DNA of 64,000 bases, taken from Paraspadella gotoi. Its lineage: Eukaryota; Animalia; Chaetognatha. The stretch is taken from positions 25,449,367-25,513,366 of the forward strand of contig CM119263.1 of the NCBI GenBank assembly GCA_051294375.1, read 5' to 3'. Made by a program: the position numbers and the translations under genes. The notes under the pieces are model-generated. The model worked only from the letters and a program-made list of their open reading frames with translations. It was not told the origin of the DNA and searched no databases. How positions within the stretch are numbered: position 1 is the stretch's first letter; each line of letters opens with the position of its first letter. This document shows, one piece after another, positions 48,901 through 62,999 of this stretch.

Positions 48901-51900
48901 AAATCAAATCATAATCAAACTTTAAAACGAATATCAGGTCATTGGGCCCCGAGTTTGGAGGAGCCATCGGCTTGATATTTTCCTTGGCCAACGCTGTGGG
49001 AGTCGCAATGTACATCGTTGGATTCGCCGAGACCATTAGAGACATCATTAAGGTGGGAAGATAGTTTGATACGTAGGAAAAGCTATAAGCCTATGAGGGT
49101 TGCTGATATCGATGAAATTCCAATTTCTTGGTGTCATTAATTCGCTGGTTCTTTCCATTTTTATACTTGTCGTTGTTGTTGTTTGTTGTTTGTAGTTTTT
49201 GCCTGTTTTAATGCAAAAATCTTTTGTAGGAAAAAGCGCCAGACGGAGGCGAAGCATTGTGGCTTTCGATCGACGAAGCGAACCTCATTCGAGTGATAGG
49301 CGTCGTGACGGCTGTTTTGCTGCTGATCATCGTTATCGTCGGTCTGGACTTTGAGGCGAGTTTAACTTTAACTCTTTGATATCTTTTCCCACTTAACACC
49401 TCGCCATTTTGTTTCCCCTAATTTGCGACAGGCTAAAATGCAAATATTTATGTTGATTATCTTGATTTTGTCAATCGTGGATATCTTAATCGGAAGCTTC
49501 ATCCCGCCCATGAACCATATTATTGAAGACGACAAAAAGACTCGAGGATTTGCCGGATATTCGTGTGAGATAATATTCGTATAAGACGTACGCCTGAAAA
49601 TATAAAGCACTGACTGATGGTTTGTAATTTCTTTTTCTAGCTGATTTGTTCCTCGAAAACTTTGGGCCTAAATTTACTGAGGAAGAAGACTTTTTCTCCG
49701 TCTTCTCAATTTTTTTTCCTGCCGCAACAGGGATTCTGGCAGGCGCCAATATTTCGGGAGACTTGAAAGTAAGTTTAATTAAATTTTTCAGTCAGATGCA
49801 GATTTTTTAATCTATGTTATTTGTATGCATTATGGATTTTTGACAATTTTTTTTTAATTTAAATATTCCAAATCTTAGGACGCTCAAAGCGCGATTCCCA
49901 AAGGAACGTTACTCGCCATCATTCTTTCCACTATCGTTTATATAGGCCTAGCTTGGATTATGGGGGCAAGTGTTCATAGGTGTTATTTAGGTGAGAAAGT
50001 GGTATTCTGTCTTATTATTCATTACGATTTTTCGATATTTTTATTTTATTTTACCAGCTGAATCTGATGTTATTTGTAATGCTACATTGACTGGTACTTT
50101 GGCTAACAATACCAAGTACGGACTGCTCTACAATTACCAGGTCAATCGTTAATGACTACAAAGCCGCATAGTGTAGGACATAATTGTGATGAATGGAAAG
50201 CTGATTAATCACGAGGGATGTCATATTTATAATTTCAAATTTTAATTTATTTGATTTTGATAGGTATTCAACCGCTATAGCGTATATTTTGAAGAAAGAG
50301 TTGAATCATTCCTATTTAGTCATTTTCTATTGTATTTTCATTTTACATTCTGTACTATAAAACATCGTTATGTTTTGTAGGTTGCTGAATTAATTTCGGC
50401 CGTGGGTCCAATCGTTACGGCTGGTATATTCGCAGCAACGCTTTCTTCAGCACTGGCCTCTCTCGTCGGAGCACCCAAAGTTTTTCAGGTGTACAAATAG
50501 TTTTATGATTATTGATTTACTTATCACTGCGTTTTTGAACATTAAAGTGACTTAACATTGAAATTTGTATCCGTTTTAGGCAGTTTGCAAGGATCGGATT
50601 TTTCCGAAAGTGGAATGGTTTGGGGTCGGAGTTGGTGCCAATGACGAACCTCGTCGAGCGTATTTTCTTTGCTTTGTCATTTCGGTCGTATTTATTTGTA
50701 TAGGTGCGAATGGAACGGATTTCCTGCTAAAAAAAAATCAAATTTAACATTTAATTGTGTATTATTGATAGCAATTGCATCGAATACAGTATAATACGAT
50801 AAATTCACTCAGGTGATCTCAACGCCATCGCTCCAATTATTTCGAATTTCTTCCTCATGGCATATTGTTTGATAAATTATTCTTGCTTCGACGCATCTCT
50901 GACAAATTCTCCTGGATGGCGGCCGGCTTTCAAGTACTATAGTAAGGTAGGTCATTTCACAGGACTGCAACTCGCATATTAACATAAGCATTATTTTACA
51001 AATTTTATAAAATCAGCGTAAAATTTTAATTTGCGAACTATAAAATATCTATCTAATCATTGATTGATTGATTGATAGAAAAAATTTTCGTTAAGGGTTT
51101 CATATAAGTATATCTAATCAACAAAATAATTGACAAAAAAAAAATTATATGTTATCTAAGAACAAGAATCTAGACGAAATTTTATTTCAGCAGTATTTTC
51201 GTCGTCTTCTAAAATAGAACAGCTGCCAGAAGGCAGGGGTGATCCAGGACCTGAAAATATTAATTTTAAAAAAGTACAAAAAAAAACAACAAAAAAAAAA
51301 ATAATATTTGGCCACCTGAAGTAAAGTCGTCGGACAAAAGAGGCTTTCTTGGTCTGTAGGGTTGCATTTTTATCGTATCTGCTATTGGAAAAAAACAAAA
51401 CGCCTAAAATATTTTTATGTGCCTCAGATTAATATCTTTGCTAAGTACTTACTGATATCGGCCTCTGTTTTATTATCGCAAATAACGCAACAACTAATGA
51501 TTCTGCTTAATCCATCTTTTTTAGTAGTTTTATCTCCATGATCACTCGTGGTCACATTTGTCAGATAAACTTTTGCTCCTGAATGCAAAAAATATATCTG
51601 AACCACTGACTTGTTCGTTCTTGCATATAAATGAGTTAATGACGGTCGGGTGAAACCACCGAATAAAACTTCATTATATTCCGTTACTAATAGGCTTTAA
51701 CGTGACGGACATCAAAGATAAAATTGAATTGTGAGGAATTTCAAATTAAAAAAAAGCAGTTTTGTTTTATGGCTGATTGTCGGAAATTCATTGTCTTCCC
51801 AATTATTAAATGCATCCACTGGTCAGGCGTCTGTGAAAGCCAAATCCTTTGTCGCGGACGTCACAGTCAATCCCAATCAGGCTGTCTTTATCAGCCAGTG

Positions 51901-54900
51901 TTTTTACCTTTACAAATTGTAGGAGAATTAAATTGATGAAAAGGAGAAGATTTCATGATGTGATCATCGAACCAGTCGGCGACTTCTTGATTGACATCTA
52001 TATCCACGCAAAATTGCTTTTTCGCTTGCAAAGCTTCTCGAGCTTTTCGGATACTGAAAAAATATTGTTAAGTTTGTAATTTTAGAATTAATTTAAATTT
52101 ACATACTATGCAAAACATATTTTTGTAGAAAATTCTAAACTGAATTATAAATCAGGAAACCTATTATTGAGCTCTCGTCGAACGTTCGCGTCATTGGTGT
52201 CCAGCAAGACGGCGAAATCTTCCCTGACTTTATTATCCACCCCCGCGTAAGAGTTCCGGCTTCGAGCTCGCCTCGCTGAGGCCAAAGCAACGTCTTTTAT
52301 GGACATGCGTCTGTTGAGTTAATGGAAAGTCGTTATGAAAAAACATCCAGGCTTTTAGGCAAATAAGAACCAAAATCTTAGTTTATTTCTTTTTACTGAG
52401 ACAAGTAATTTAACGATGTTTTTTATTCAGTCGTTAATCTTACGGCCTACTCCAATTTCTTCAAATTGTTGATTTAATTAGATATATTGAATGTAGAAAA
52501 AATTAATATCATTTCGGCGTTTACCCAATGATTAAGCCTCTTTTGTCCCTTCGGTACAAAGCAAACCTGTTGCCTACTTCATCCTCTCGCTCAATACCTT
52601 TAGTAAATAGGAATCTTACAGGATAATTATATATTATTTTATTTTGGTTGTACCAATTTCATATCAAAATAAAAGATTTAAATTTGTTACGTATAATAGA
52701 TTAGAATTCAAGTGTTAACCTTTAGTTTTTGATTGAAACTTGCTCTAATGTACTAATATAGATCAAACGGAAGTAAATTTACATGACATGCAATGACAGC
52801 AGTACGATTTCACTTGGGTTTAAAATGTTTATAATGTTAAAAGAAACCATTTCACTGCGCTCTCTCCTCCTGTGGCGCGAGTTCAACGAGGAGCAAATAA
52901 ACACGAGAAAAAACGAAGCTCAAGGTCGAAGGGCAAACTTCGTGTTAGAAATTTAGTACCAAAATGGCAAAAGGACTTACCTGGAAAGACCCATATCTCT
53001 TACAATGACGGCTCTTAACAATAAGGGACGCTTTAACAGTTTTTCTCTGGTTTGTTCCAATTCCTGGAATAATTTTTTTTATTTATATTTTTATTTCATT
53101 TTTGTAAGTATTTGATATTGTCTTACTGATGTTGTAAAAGTTCTGAGGACTCTCTTGTTGGCGTCTATATCCGAAAAGTCGTTTGTGCTCTTGACGAACA
53201 TGGCGGAATTTGGTTCAATGCTACTACTTTGTCCTTCACTTGTAGTTTCTGTTTCACGTCTTGATCCAAATTCTAAATTAAAAGGTTCCAAGTTTGTAAG
53301 TCCGTTCCTTTACATATATTTAATCGGTTAATTCGTTGAAATTTTAATTTTTACTAGCACAATATTATTGTCAATAACAAAGAAATATTTAATGACGAAA
53401 ATCTTCCTTAATTATATTATAATATTAATAGCAAATAGCAAATCAAGCTGCTTTTACTAATAAAAGATTACTTTTATCAGACGTGATTCCAAAGATTTAC
53501 CAATTTTTTTAAATTTATGGATATCAATAAATAAAAACTAAGTAATTAATTTTGATATACGAGAATACATTTACCGGATTTACTGATATATATCCCGATA
53601 AATTTACATTATTATATTTGATATTATTACATTTAACATTCTTAGTTGAACAACAATTTTTTAATTTTTTTTTTATTATCATTTCCTATTAAATTCATAT
53701 AATACGTGTCAAAAACAAAAATACCTTTTGGATCTGACGTGCTGCTTAGTCGCCTCATAACTAATGATATTACTTCCGGGTGTCGATGGAAATCTTTCCA
53801 TGGAATTATTGTGAGCGGCGGCATTCGCCTGTTTTTTTTTTTTTTTTTGTTTTTATTGTTCAGTCGAGTTTTTTTGGCGTCGATGAATTTTACTGAGAAT
53901 GCGAGAACTAGGCTGGGGTTATTATAGATTTAAATTTTAGTTTCCGAGCGGCATAAAAATTCTAAAAACTTGATTAGCTTATAATGAGTTTAGCTGAGAG
54001 CGAACAATGCGCGAGACACGCGATGCTTCAACGTATCGACCGTGATAACAAAAAGAAATAAAGGAAAAGAAGAAAATAAAAAAGGAGTTGGAGAATATAA
54101 AGCTTCTATTTGAAAATTTCGACCAATGAATATAAACCGACAAAAAAATTGTGAAAAACGTTTTGGTGGTTGTGGGGGAAAACGCTGTTAGTTGAAACCC
54201 TATCGAAGTTGAATAGAGAGCTAGCTCCTAACCACGACGTAAGAGCGCCTTTAAAAGCGACGAAGACGTGGCGCGTAAAACTCGCGAGAAGCGCGCGCAT
54301 CGCCATCGCGAGCGTGACTGTGAATTATTAAAGGGGGTAAAAATTAACGAAATGTACGATTAATGGCGTTTTTCTTTACGCATCTACCAATTACATTTTT
54401 TAAGCTGTTGGATTATCTAAGTCACTATTTTTTTTATGATTTTGGTACCACCAATATAATTATTATTTTATTCAAAAAACTATCCAGTCCCTGACCCTAT
54501 ACAGGCTGTGGGACAAGGCCTCTTCATTTTATATGATAATACAACTTATATGCGATATATATTTAGTTTATAAAAAATCACGGGAAGTGAAAGGTTTTTT
54601 ATGACTCTTTCAGATACTGAAAGGTCTACATAATTAAATATTTTTTCGCCTTTACCATCAATTTTATTTGACAATTGTTTTGTTCGGCTTCCAATGCTTT
54701 CAATATTTAATTTATTTGCAGTGGCTGTCATTAATTGGAGCCATCCTGTGCCTCGTCGTTATGTTTATTATCAATTGGTGGACTGCATTGTTAACATTTG
54801 CCATTATATTTGCAATTTGGCTATATGTGCGGCAGCGGAAACCAAATATAAATTGGGGGAGTTCTACGCAAGCTCATGTTTTCAAGTAAACTAAGTTAAT

Positions 54901-57900
54901 TCAGCATAAGTTTTTTTTTCCTGCTTCGAAATTTTTAAGTCACTGACAGCTGCTAATGGTGTGTGTGTGTGTGGTTGTGTGTGTGTTTGTTGTTGTTGTT
55001 GTTGTTGTTGTTACTAAAATAGTCAGGATAAAAATACTAAAAACAATTTCAATTACTTGCTGTACAATAAAATTCTCGCTAGTCTGTCTTGACGGTTTTT
55101 TTAGGTCCGCTTTGCAATCATCATTGGAACTAATCAAAGTCGAAGAACACGTCAAAAATTATCGTCCTCAGGTTCTTTTGCTCTGCGGAAAACCATTTGA
55201 TCGACCTGCGTTGATCGACTTTTGCAACACGTTAACGAAAGGTGCCAGTTAAACATGTAAATTTTTTTTTTATTCACTACTCTTTCTTATATACTAATCG
55301 TCGTTAAGGTAATTCTCTCCTGATTCTCGGCAACATGGTCACCGATGAGACAAATTTCGCCGCTTATCAAAAGAACAACCAGACGGTTCAGAGTTGGCTC
55401 AAAAAGCGCAAGGTACTTTATTAGAAAAAATATTTCAAATTGAATGTTTTTTGGTCTTTGCTTGAAATGAGGAAAATAAAGAAAAATCTTTTGTTCATTT
55501 ATTGATAGTCACAATATTTCGAAGGCTTCTTGCCTTCATCAAAGGTACAAATATTTGATGAAGCAGAATACAGACTTTCTAAATAAATTAACTCATTAAA
55601 AGATTTTGCTTTATTTTATTCATGGCAATCTAAGATAAAAAAAAAACAATTAAATTTGAAATTACAAATCTTCCCAGAATGAATTTTCTGAAAAAATACA
55701 TAAAAAATATTGCTGAGCCAAGTTTGTCAATTTTTACTAATTTATTTTAAATAACTTACTTGTAATGCATTTTCATTATTTATCAGGTCAAAGCTTTCTA
55801 TCAGCCAATGATACACGATCAATACAGTCAAGGAGTCTACGCTTTGATGCAGAGTGCCGGATTGGGTAAACTCAAACCGAATCTCGTTTTCATGGGTTAC
55901 TCGAGAATTTGGCTCCAGAAGAAGGTGAGAAATGATTTCCTAGGGGGAAACGTTCTTTTCTTTCATCCCCGACCTCACGTCTTGCTCTTCTTCATTCCAA
56001 TTCGCTTTTCATCGTCTTTTCCAGGATCCGCGGTCTTTGTTGGAGCACTTTTCCGTGATCCACTATGCGTTCGATCTTAACTACTCGGTGGCCATTTTGA
56101 GAACGTCTCAGGTGAGTCACTGTTTTGCAGCGTCTACTTTTTTTTTATTAAGCATGATATTCATGTCCGCGCAACGCTTCCTAATCTATGCTGACCCGAC
56201 TCTGTTTTTTAAAGGGTTTCGATTTTTCCGACGTGATGGACGCTCCGACTGCGGAAGCTCTCGAAAAAAGTAAGCCTTTGAGAATTACCGTTTTCGTACT
56301 TTAAATCGCGCAACAACTAAGTACCGTTGAAATAATGATTCGATTCTCCAGGGGTCTTTTGAATATTTTCATCCTCGATGTAATTCGATTTTAATTTTTT
56401 TTTTCCTCTTTTATTTTTCAAATCTTATCAATACTCCATTGCCGCGATGACGTCATTTCCCTTGTGCCATTTTTCTCGGGTTTCGGTTTCGGCGCAAAAC
56501 AAAAAACAACAACAAATCCTAAATAAAACGAAATCGAAGGTCCGTCGGAGCCGGAGCCGACGACATTCCTCGAGCGGTTTTCCCCCTCCGAACCCCGTCT
56601 TTCTAAAACCCCTCCTCCTCCGGGTTCCCGCTGGGGTGCCGATGATATCGCCGACCGTTGCTTAATAAATACATGAATTAAAGAGAGGAAGGGGGAGAGT
56701 AGGAATAATGGGAATTCTTCATCGATAAGAAAGGAATAGATAAAAGAGTGCAAGAGTTCAAATATTGAAATAACCCCCGAGGATTCTTTGCTTTGCCATC
56801 GTCCGCCGACTCAGTTTTTGCTCTCGAGATTTTTCGTGCAAAGTCGGTGATCGACGTTAACTCGACAGGGCGCCGACGACCTTCCCCGGCGAGTCAGAAA
56901 TATTTTACTTTTAAGAATGAAATGTTTGTAGATGAAAGTTAAACAAACGTATTTTAATCGACGGTTGAAACCATCTTGAGATTTCGCCGAATATTGATCC
57001 TCAAAAATCCTATTTGAACGATACTGAGCAGAGGGCCAGAAATATATTTCAGGCTGTTAGAGCAACTTGAAAGAAATATCATTTAAATTTGTTTCATTTT
57101 CGTGATTTTAGATCAAATCTGAAAAAAAAAAAATCCTTGGAAAGATCGATAAATCGATAAATTCGACAGATTTTTTTTGAAAGAGCGTGAGGAATTCTTG
57201 CTAAACCTTTTTTTAAGGGGAGGAGGAAAATATATCCCAAAATAGACGTTAAAACGAAATAATAACCCAGGCAACCGAGGCTTATCAACGGCACCCCCTT
57301 CTCTCCGCTTGTCTTTCGTCGAGGAAACGAAAGAAAATCGGGTTTGAGTTCCTCTTCTCTCGCCCTCTCTGGCGCCAAAGACTCTCCCGGCGTTTTCGCT
57401 AAAATTGGTTCGATTTTTTACGAGGCTCTATTCAAAATTTTTAAAAATTTTCCCGGCACCGAACAAATTTACGGTTTTTATCGAAAATTTCCCCGGTCGA
57501 TAAACTTTCGATAACCGAGTACGCCATCACCATCATCGTGCGCTCTCGACCGTGACAGTAACGTGACGCGTCGTGACAATCGCATGAAGATTGGCGCAGA
57601 CGGAAAGAGGAAAAACTAGAAGACGATAGAAAAAATGGAGGGAAAAAAGAGACGAGAAAAGGAAGAAACTAAGGATGACAGCATATGCCACTATCCCGCA
57701 TTAAACTATTTTTAGGTTTTTATCGGAAAGCAAGTTGCTTTTTAGCTGTGCTTAGTTGTTTGTTTGTTTTTTTATAATAAAAAAGTGAAAATTACGACGA
57801 AATTGAGGCGATGAGATGTTAAAGAGTGTATTTTTTTGTTGTAATTGAGCCGTAAAATCGAGCCAATTTCCGCGTGAATTCTACCATTTTTTTTCCACTC

Positions 57901-60611
57901 CAAAGAGAGTTTGGAACCCCAACTCGCGGATTCTCGTGAAAAGGGGGCATCTGATTCGGCGCTCAGCGTCTCCGTCGACAAGTCCGAGTCGGGCTACTCT
58001 GGTTCGGCAGCGTCGTCGTCTTCGACTGTCTTTACGATCTCTCCGGTGCCCGAGCTAAACTCCGATATTGCGCTTTCGCCTATGCGGCAGACTTCGGCTG
58101 ACTGTAAGCAGGCCACGACGACATGATCAGGATCAATTTTCCCCCTTTAAGTTCCAATGCAAAAAAAAAAAAAAAAAAAAATAAGTTGGGGGTTCCAGTC
58201 GCTTTTGCTTATGCTTATGAGCTTTTTATTATAAATGTTTAAATTGGATGCTGATTAATTAAATAATCCATTTTAATTATCTAAGTAATTCTTATTTTTT
58301 TTACAAAACAATTAATTTATTGAAGCTTGAATCCATGAAACCAAAAAGTGTCTTTTTAAGCCAGCATTGTGTTCCTCTTCACTCTTTGCACTTTGACTTT
58401 TCGAACAAAATTTCAGTCATTAGTGCCACTAGTAATACCTTCGTTGGCACTGTTTTAGCTATCTTTTCTTAGGTATGCTGGTAACAGCCACAGCACAAAT
58501 GGTGTCATTACAAACGTAGTCCAAGTGCACCCCATCGCATTCTCTTCTGTATTCATTCATGCACTTTCTGTATTGTGCCGTTCTCTTTTTAGACATTCTT
58601 TGTTTCTCCGCCTCCGTCCTTTTTTTTCCCGATACTCTTCCCCTCGAGATTAAGATGACATCCTGCGTCTTGTCATGCTTTTCTGGTCATATTGCCTTTC
58701 TTTCTTATTTCTCATCTATTTTTCCTAAAAATAGTAACGCCCAACGCCTATTTTCAGTTTTTCACGCTCCTTTCGTTTTGCTTAAAGCATTGAGGCAAAC
58801 GAAATAATTGATGAAAATGAGAACGGCAATCCTCATCGCCTCATCACTTCAAAACTTATCTATATTTGTGTATTTTGATGGTAAGGAGGAAATAAGTTTA
58901 TATGTGGCTATAAAAACGATTTTAAACTTATTTGTATTGAAATATCACATTCAGTTTGTATGAATTGGTTTTTGAAATGTACATACTAACGTTTAGTCAA
59001 AAAATGGTGATTGAAAAGTTTAAAAATCCACGAAACAAACTGATTTTGCGTTTTGATAAAAACAAATTTTATAGAGATTCAATGTTTTGTTTGATTAGAT
59101 TCTCCGACGTCTTTGGATGAAACGGGAGAAGCGGATTTCGATCAGGCAATTATTTTTCTGCTTGAAGGAAACTGGTATGGGCGATTCTTTCTTCTCATTC
59201 TCGTTTACATTTTATTCCATTTCTAGTCCGATCATAAAGTCACCTTCAGTGGAGGAAAAAAGAAGCCACTCGAGATCGAAGAATTGCACCCATTAAGTCT
59301 TTCCGTCACCGGCGCAAATACGGAATTGCTCGCACATCTCAATTACTTCCGAAACAAACAGGTTTTAATTCAATGTTGCTATGCCCTTTACAATGTACCA
59401 GATAAGGTAAAATATGTTAGGTAATATTAGTTTGGAACTTTATTCAACTTCTGTGTCAAATAAAAATATAACTCTCATGACACTGAAGAACTTTCGATGC
59501 TCAAGCGACTTTGCAGAAGGTTCTTATCATGCAAAACGTCGTGAACGATGAATGGATTTAAGAAAGAACACAGAAGAGCAGCGAAAGCCTTCATTCGTCC
59601 TCTTTCCACACCCCCTATACTCTTTTCCACACCCCCTACCCTCGTTTCCCCTTTTCTTCCTTCTTTTCATGTCTTCGTCCTTGACTTGCTTTTCTTCAAG
59701 TTCAAAGAGTCTAATTCTCCTCTCTCTCGCTCGCCCAACCCACCCCCTCTGCCCCTTAACATCGTTTTCCGGTCGAGTCGAATCATTTTTCGTTTCCTAT
59801 CCTCGCGCCGACAAGATACGAATTGACTAGGTTAAATTAATCCCGAGTTTTATGGCCTTCCAAAATATAAGACGAGAGATAAAACGGGGGGGGGAAACTT
59901 TGTAGTCATAGCTTTATCTGGCGAGTCCGTGTGCGCCGTAGAGGAATAACTTAATTCTATTAATCTTTATTTCAATCGCAGAAACCGGGATTTATTGACG
60001 TTTGGTGGTTGTACGATGATGGCGGACTCACGCTTCTTTTGCCCTACATCCTTCATAATAAAAAACTTTGGGAAGGAAACAAACTAAGAATTTTCTCCGT
60101 CGGTAATATATTATCAGTATGATCGGAACTATTCCTGCATAGATACAGCTATAAATGTGTCAATTTTAGTTAAAAAAGTAATATAACTTTGACGCCGCTG
60201 ATTTTCCGGGACGCTTCTAGTTCTATCGATTTTTCTTATTCACCAAGGAACGAAAATAAGCCGCGTAAACAAAGAACAACAACAACTTTCCACCCTCATC
60301 AGAAAGTTTCGTATTCCCATCGAGGATGTCATCGTTCTTCCTGATATCGCGGTTAAGCCGAGCAAAGAGAGGTAAACAACGCTTCGACTAGGATCGCCCT
60401 TCTTTAGCCGACAGGCAGAGCTTGCACCCCCGTTTGCAGCGCCCGAGATGGCGCCACGAGTCTCGGATGGAATTTCCTTCTTAATGACGTCAAAATCGCT
60501 TGAAACCCGCTTCCGACGTGAGGAGCATACTAACCCCTCGCGGGGGTCTTTCTCTGTTATGATGTGGAGGGAGATCGGGTGAAGAAATAAGAAAGGCAGT
60601 CAGACAGCGAC

Positions 60612-60653
<42 letters not shown>

Positions 60654-61695
60654 TAAAGAAAAATAGAGAATGAAAAGAAAACTTCACCATTTGCAATTCT
60701 CCTTATATTTTTTCCCCTCAAAAAAACCACCCACTTTCACTCGTTCCCCTAATTTTAACTGTTCAGCGTTGAAGAATTTAACGATCTGATTTCAAACTGG
60801 AAACTCACTTCGGAAGAATCTCAAGAAACATATCCTTGGAAGATAAGCGAAGAGGATTTGAAAAAACATAAGGACAAGGTGGGTTTGGGTTTTATAGAAA
60901 CGAATTAATAACTTACAAGGAGATCCACGGGTACCGACCTCAAAAAATGGCTACAGCACCCATATGATATATCCTTTGGTCATGATATAGATTTTATTAG
61001 AAAAGTCCTGAAAATCTGTTTGTGCTCGTCCTATAAAACATATAACGACCGATAACTATAGTGGAGCTCCCGGGGGAAAAAATTTTATTTAAGTGAACAA
61101 ACAAAAATATTTAGACGTGAGATAGTAATATTATCGTATACAAAAAGTATTTTGCTCAGATTGTTTGGGAAACAGTATCATAAAATATATTTCTAGCAAT
61201 ATTCTTATAAAATAGTAAAAGTTAAATTTAAATTAAATTAAAAGTTAATTTTTTTTTTTATGCTCTGTAGTAGAAACTTATGTGATGAAGCAAAGAATTA
61301 AGAAGGGTACAGTGAACTCTACTTGACTTCCTTAGACCAACAACCACCTCCGCATTCGCGAGCTGCTGTTGGATCATTCCTGCCCGAGAGCGCGAGAGGG
61401 TTCTCCCCAATCTAAGGGGAGCCGTTCGTTGGAAACGAACCTCATCGTCCTCACTCTCCCCATTCCCAGAAAGGTGAGACTCGCCCTAAAGGGGGGGACG
61501 AGTGATTTATTTCTTTTCATTTTCTTCCTTCACTTTACCAATTTATCCCAGAACACTGTGCCGGCGGCGTTGTACATGTCTTGGTTGGAATTCGTTTCGC
61601 GTGACGTTCCCGTCGCGCGCCGTCACGAACTTCGCATGCCGCCCTTTCTCTTTTTACGGGGGAATCAAACTAGCGTTCTCACTTATTACTCGTAG
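45910..61695 (+). CDS. SLC12A2-like: Na-K-2Cl cotransporter-like cation-chloride cotransporter (SLC12A1/2/3 group), multi-exon
   Basis: N-terminal SPAK/OSR1 docking motif RFKV; [20 protein letters not shown]; [27 protein letters not shown]; [29 protein letters not shown]; [17 protein letters not shown]; [11 protein letters not shown]; [12 protein letters not shown]; GLGKLKPN; [20 protein letters not shown]; C-terminal [12 protein letters not shown] with stop at 61693-61695. Confidence 0.95.
48530..48672. repeat. 20-nt purine-rich minisatellite (AAAGAGAGAGGAAAAGATAG)n in an SLC12 intron
   Basis: About 6-7 near-identical tandem units are directly visible. Confidence 0.88.
51156..53824 (-). CDS. 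Unidentified multi-exon gene nested antisense in SLC12 intron 50947-54721
   Basis: Phase-compatible GT-AG exons 53824-53725, 53272-53127, 53063-52981, 52869-52783, 52614-52525, 52310-52161 and 52053-~51908 (or read-through to TAA 51806). Further exon-like segments ~51690-51451, ~51380-51316 and ~51251-51156 join each other in phase, but their link to the upstream exons is unresolved. No family recognised. Confidence 0.65.
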
Positions 61696-62687
61696 AATAA
61701 CATTGCTGTCTTCGGTTACTAATTAAGACGCTGGGAAGTTTTGACTCCTATTTAATGAAGTTGACAACAACATAGAAGAATAAAGTGAATTATTATGTCA
61801 ATATGCGCTCATTACGCTCGTAATTATTTAAAGACCACTACTTGATCCAGCTTTTTTATATATAACATATATATTTTGTATGAAAAGATTTTTCTATATA
61901 TGAATATCCCTTCTTTCCATGGTGAGTAGTCGGAACAAATGCTTTTTCAGTTGTAATTTATATAGTTTCATAAAAAATTAGTTTTGTTATGCATTACGTA
62001 TAGATTTTATTTTCCCTTACTCCGTTTTTCGTTTCAACGAAATGTTATCATTTTTTAGTCATGAACGGTGATTGTTACTAAGAACAGATGGTCTTCTTTC
62101 TGCAAGTCTCTTTGCTGATATTTATTAATACTCGCCGGCTGTGTTTTTGCATGTCATTTATTAAGCTAAAACAATATCAGTTACAACTAATATCAGCTTT
62201 CGAGACGAATCTCAGTGGATAATATTGTTTGTTAGTTGTTTATCTAAATAAAACAGGTTTAGTTTTAACATTGCCGCTGTTTAGTCAACATGTTTGAGAG
62301 AGGCAAAAATTAGAAACAATTTACGAAGCTAAGCGTAGCTCGATATCGAATATGCATCTATGGCCGAATGGCCATAATAATTTAAGATTGATGATATTTT
62401 AAAAAATGATAACACAACACTAGACAACAGCATTGTCAATATAGCTGAAAAAAATTGTCAATTGATACTTCAACGCAGTAGACTAAAACTGCATGCGGAG
62501 TTCCTATTAGACTATAAATACACGACTATTAGCTAATATTTGTGAGGCAAAAATGGCGATATATATTCAATCGATTAATTTTTGGCCCGATGATCTACAA
62601 AAATGGCTATAAAACGCGTTCTTCACCATACTCTGGATATGACGGCCATTTCTTTGTCCGTAAAGAAGTGATAAGGTTGCCCTAAAG

Positions 62688-62999
62688 CTAAACCAAGCTC
62701 AATGGATTTGATCGGACCGTCATCCGCGTTTTCTCGACGTCGCTAAAAGAGCACAAAAATGGCAATCACTGCTCGCACTTTTACAAAATCTCAGCGCTTA
62801 AAAGTGACCAATTTTGCACCTGTAGCGACGGGACGATCCAAGAGGTGAGACGGGCGACGGAGGAGTCTGGTTGTCCGAAAACTTAGCGACTTCGACGTCG
62901 TAACGAGAGCGAAAGTTGGTCCGAAAGGAGGCGCGGGAATCGAACTCGGGTAGCGTCGGTGTCCCAGGCGCGGTTGAGGACGTTGTTTGCCAGCAACAT
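62688..62999 (-). CDS. Probable last two exons of a gene entering from the right edge
   Basis: GC-richer segments 62999-62820 (CCWQTTSSTAPGTPTLPEFDSRASFR..SSRRY) and 62742-62688 (SDVEKTRMTVRSNPLSLV*) joined by an in-phase GT-AG intron. Confidence 0.45.

Noticed and set aside
51156-52869. TGF-beta prodomain or ligand resemblance of the nested orphan ([15 protein letters not shown], terminal SCS)
   Set aside because: No signal peptide and no cystine-knot Cys pattern; the similarity is only a few scattered residues.
53642-53824. Ulp1/SENP-like IFVFDTYY motif
   Set aside because: It lies after the GT donor at 53724, so it is intronic read-through, and no catalytic His/Asp/Cys motifs follow.
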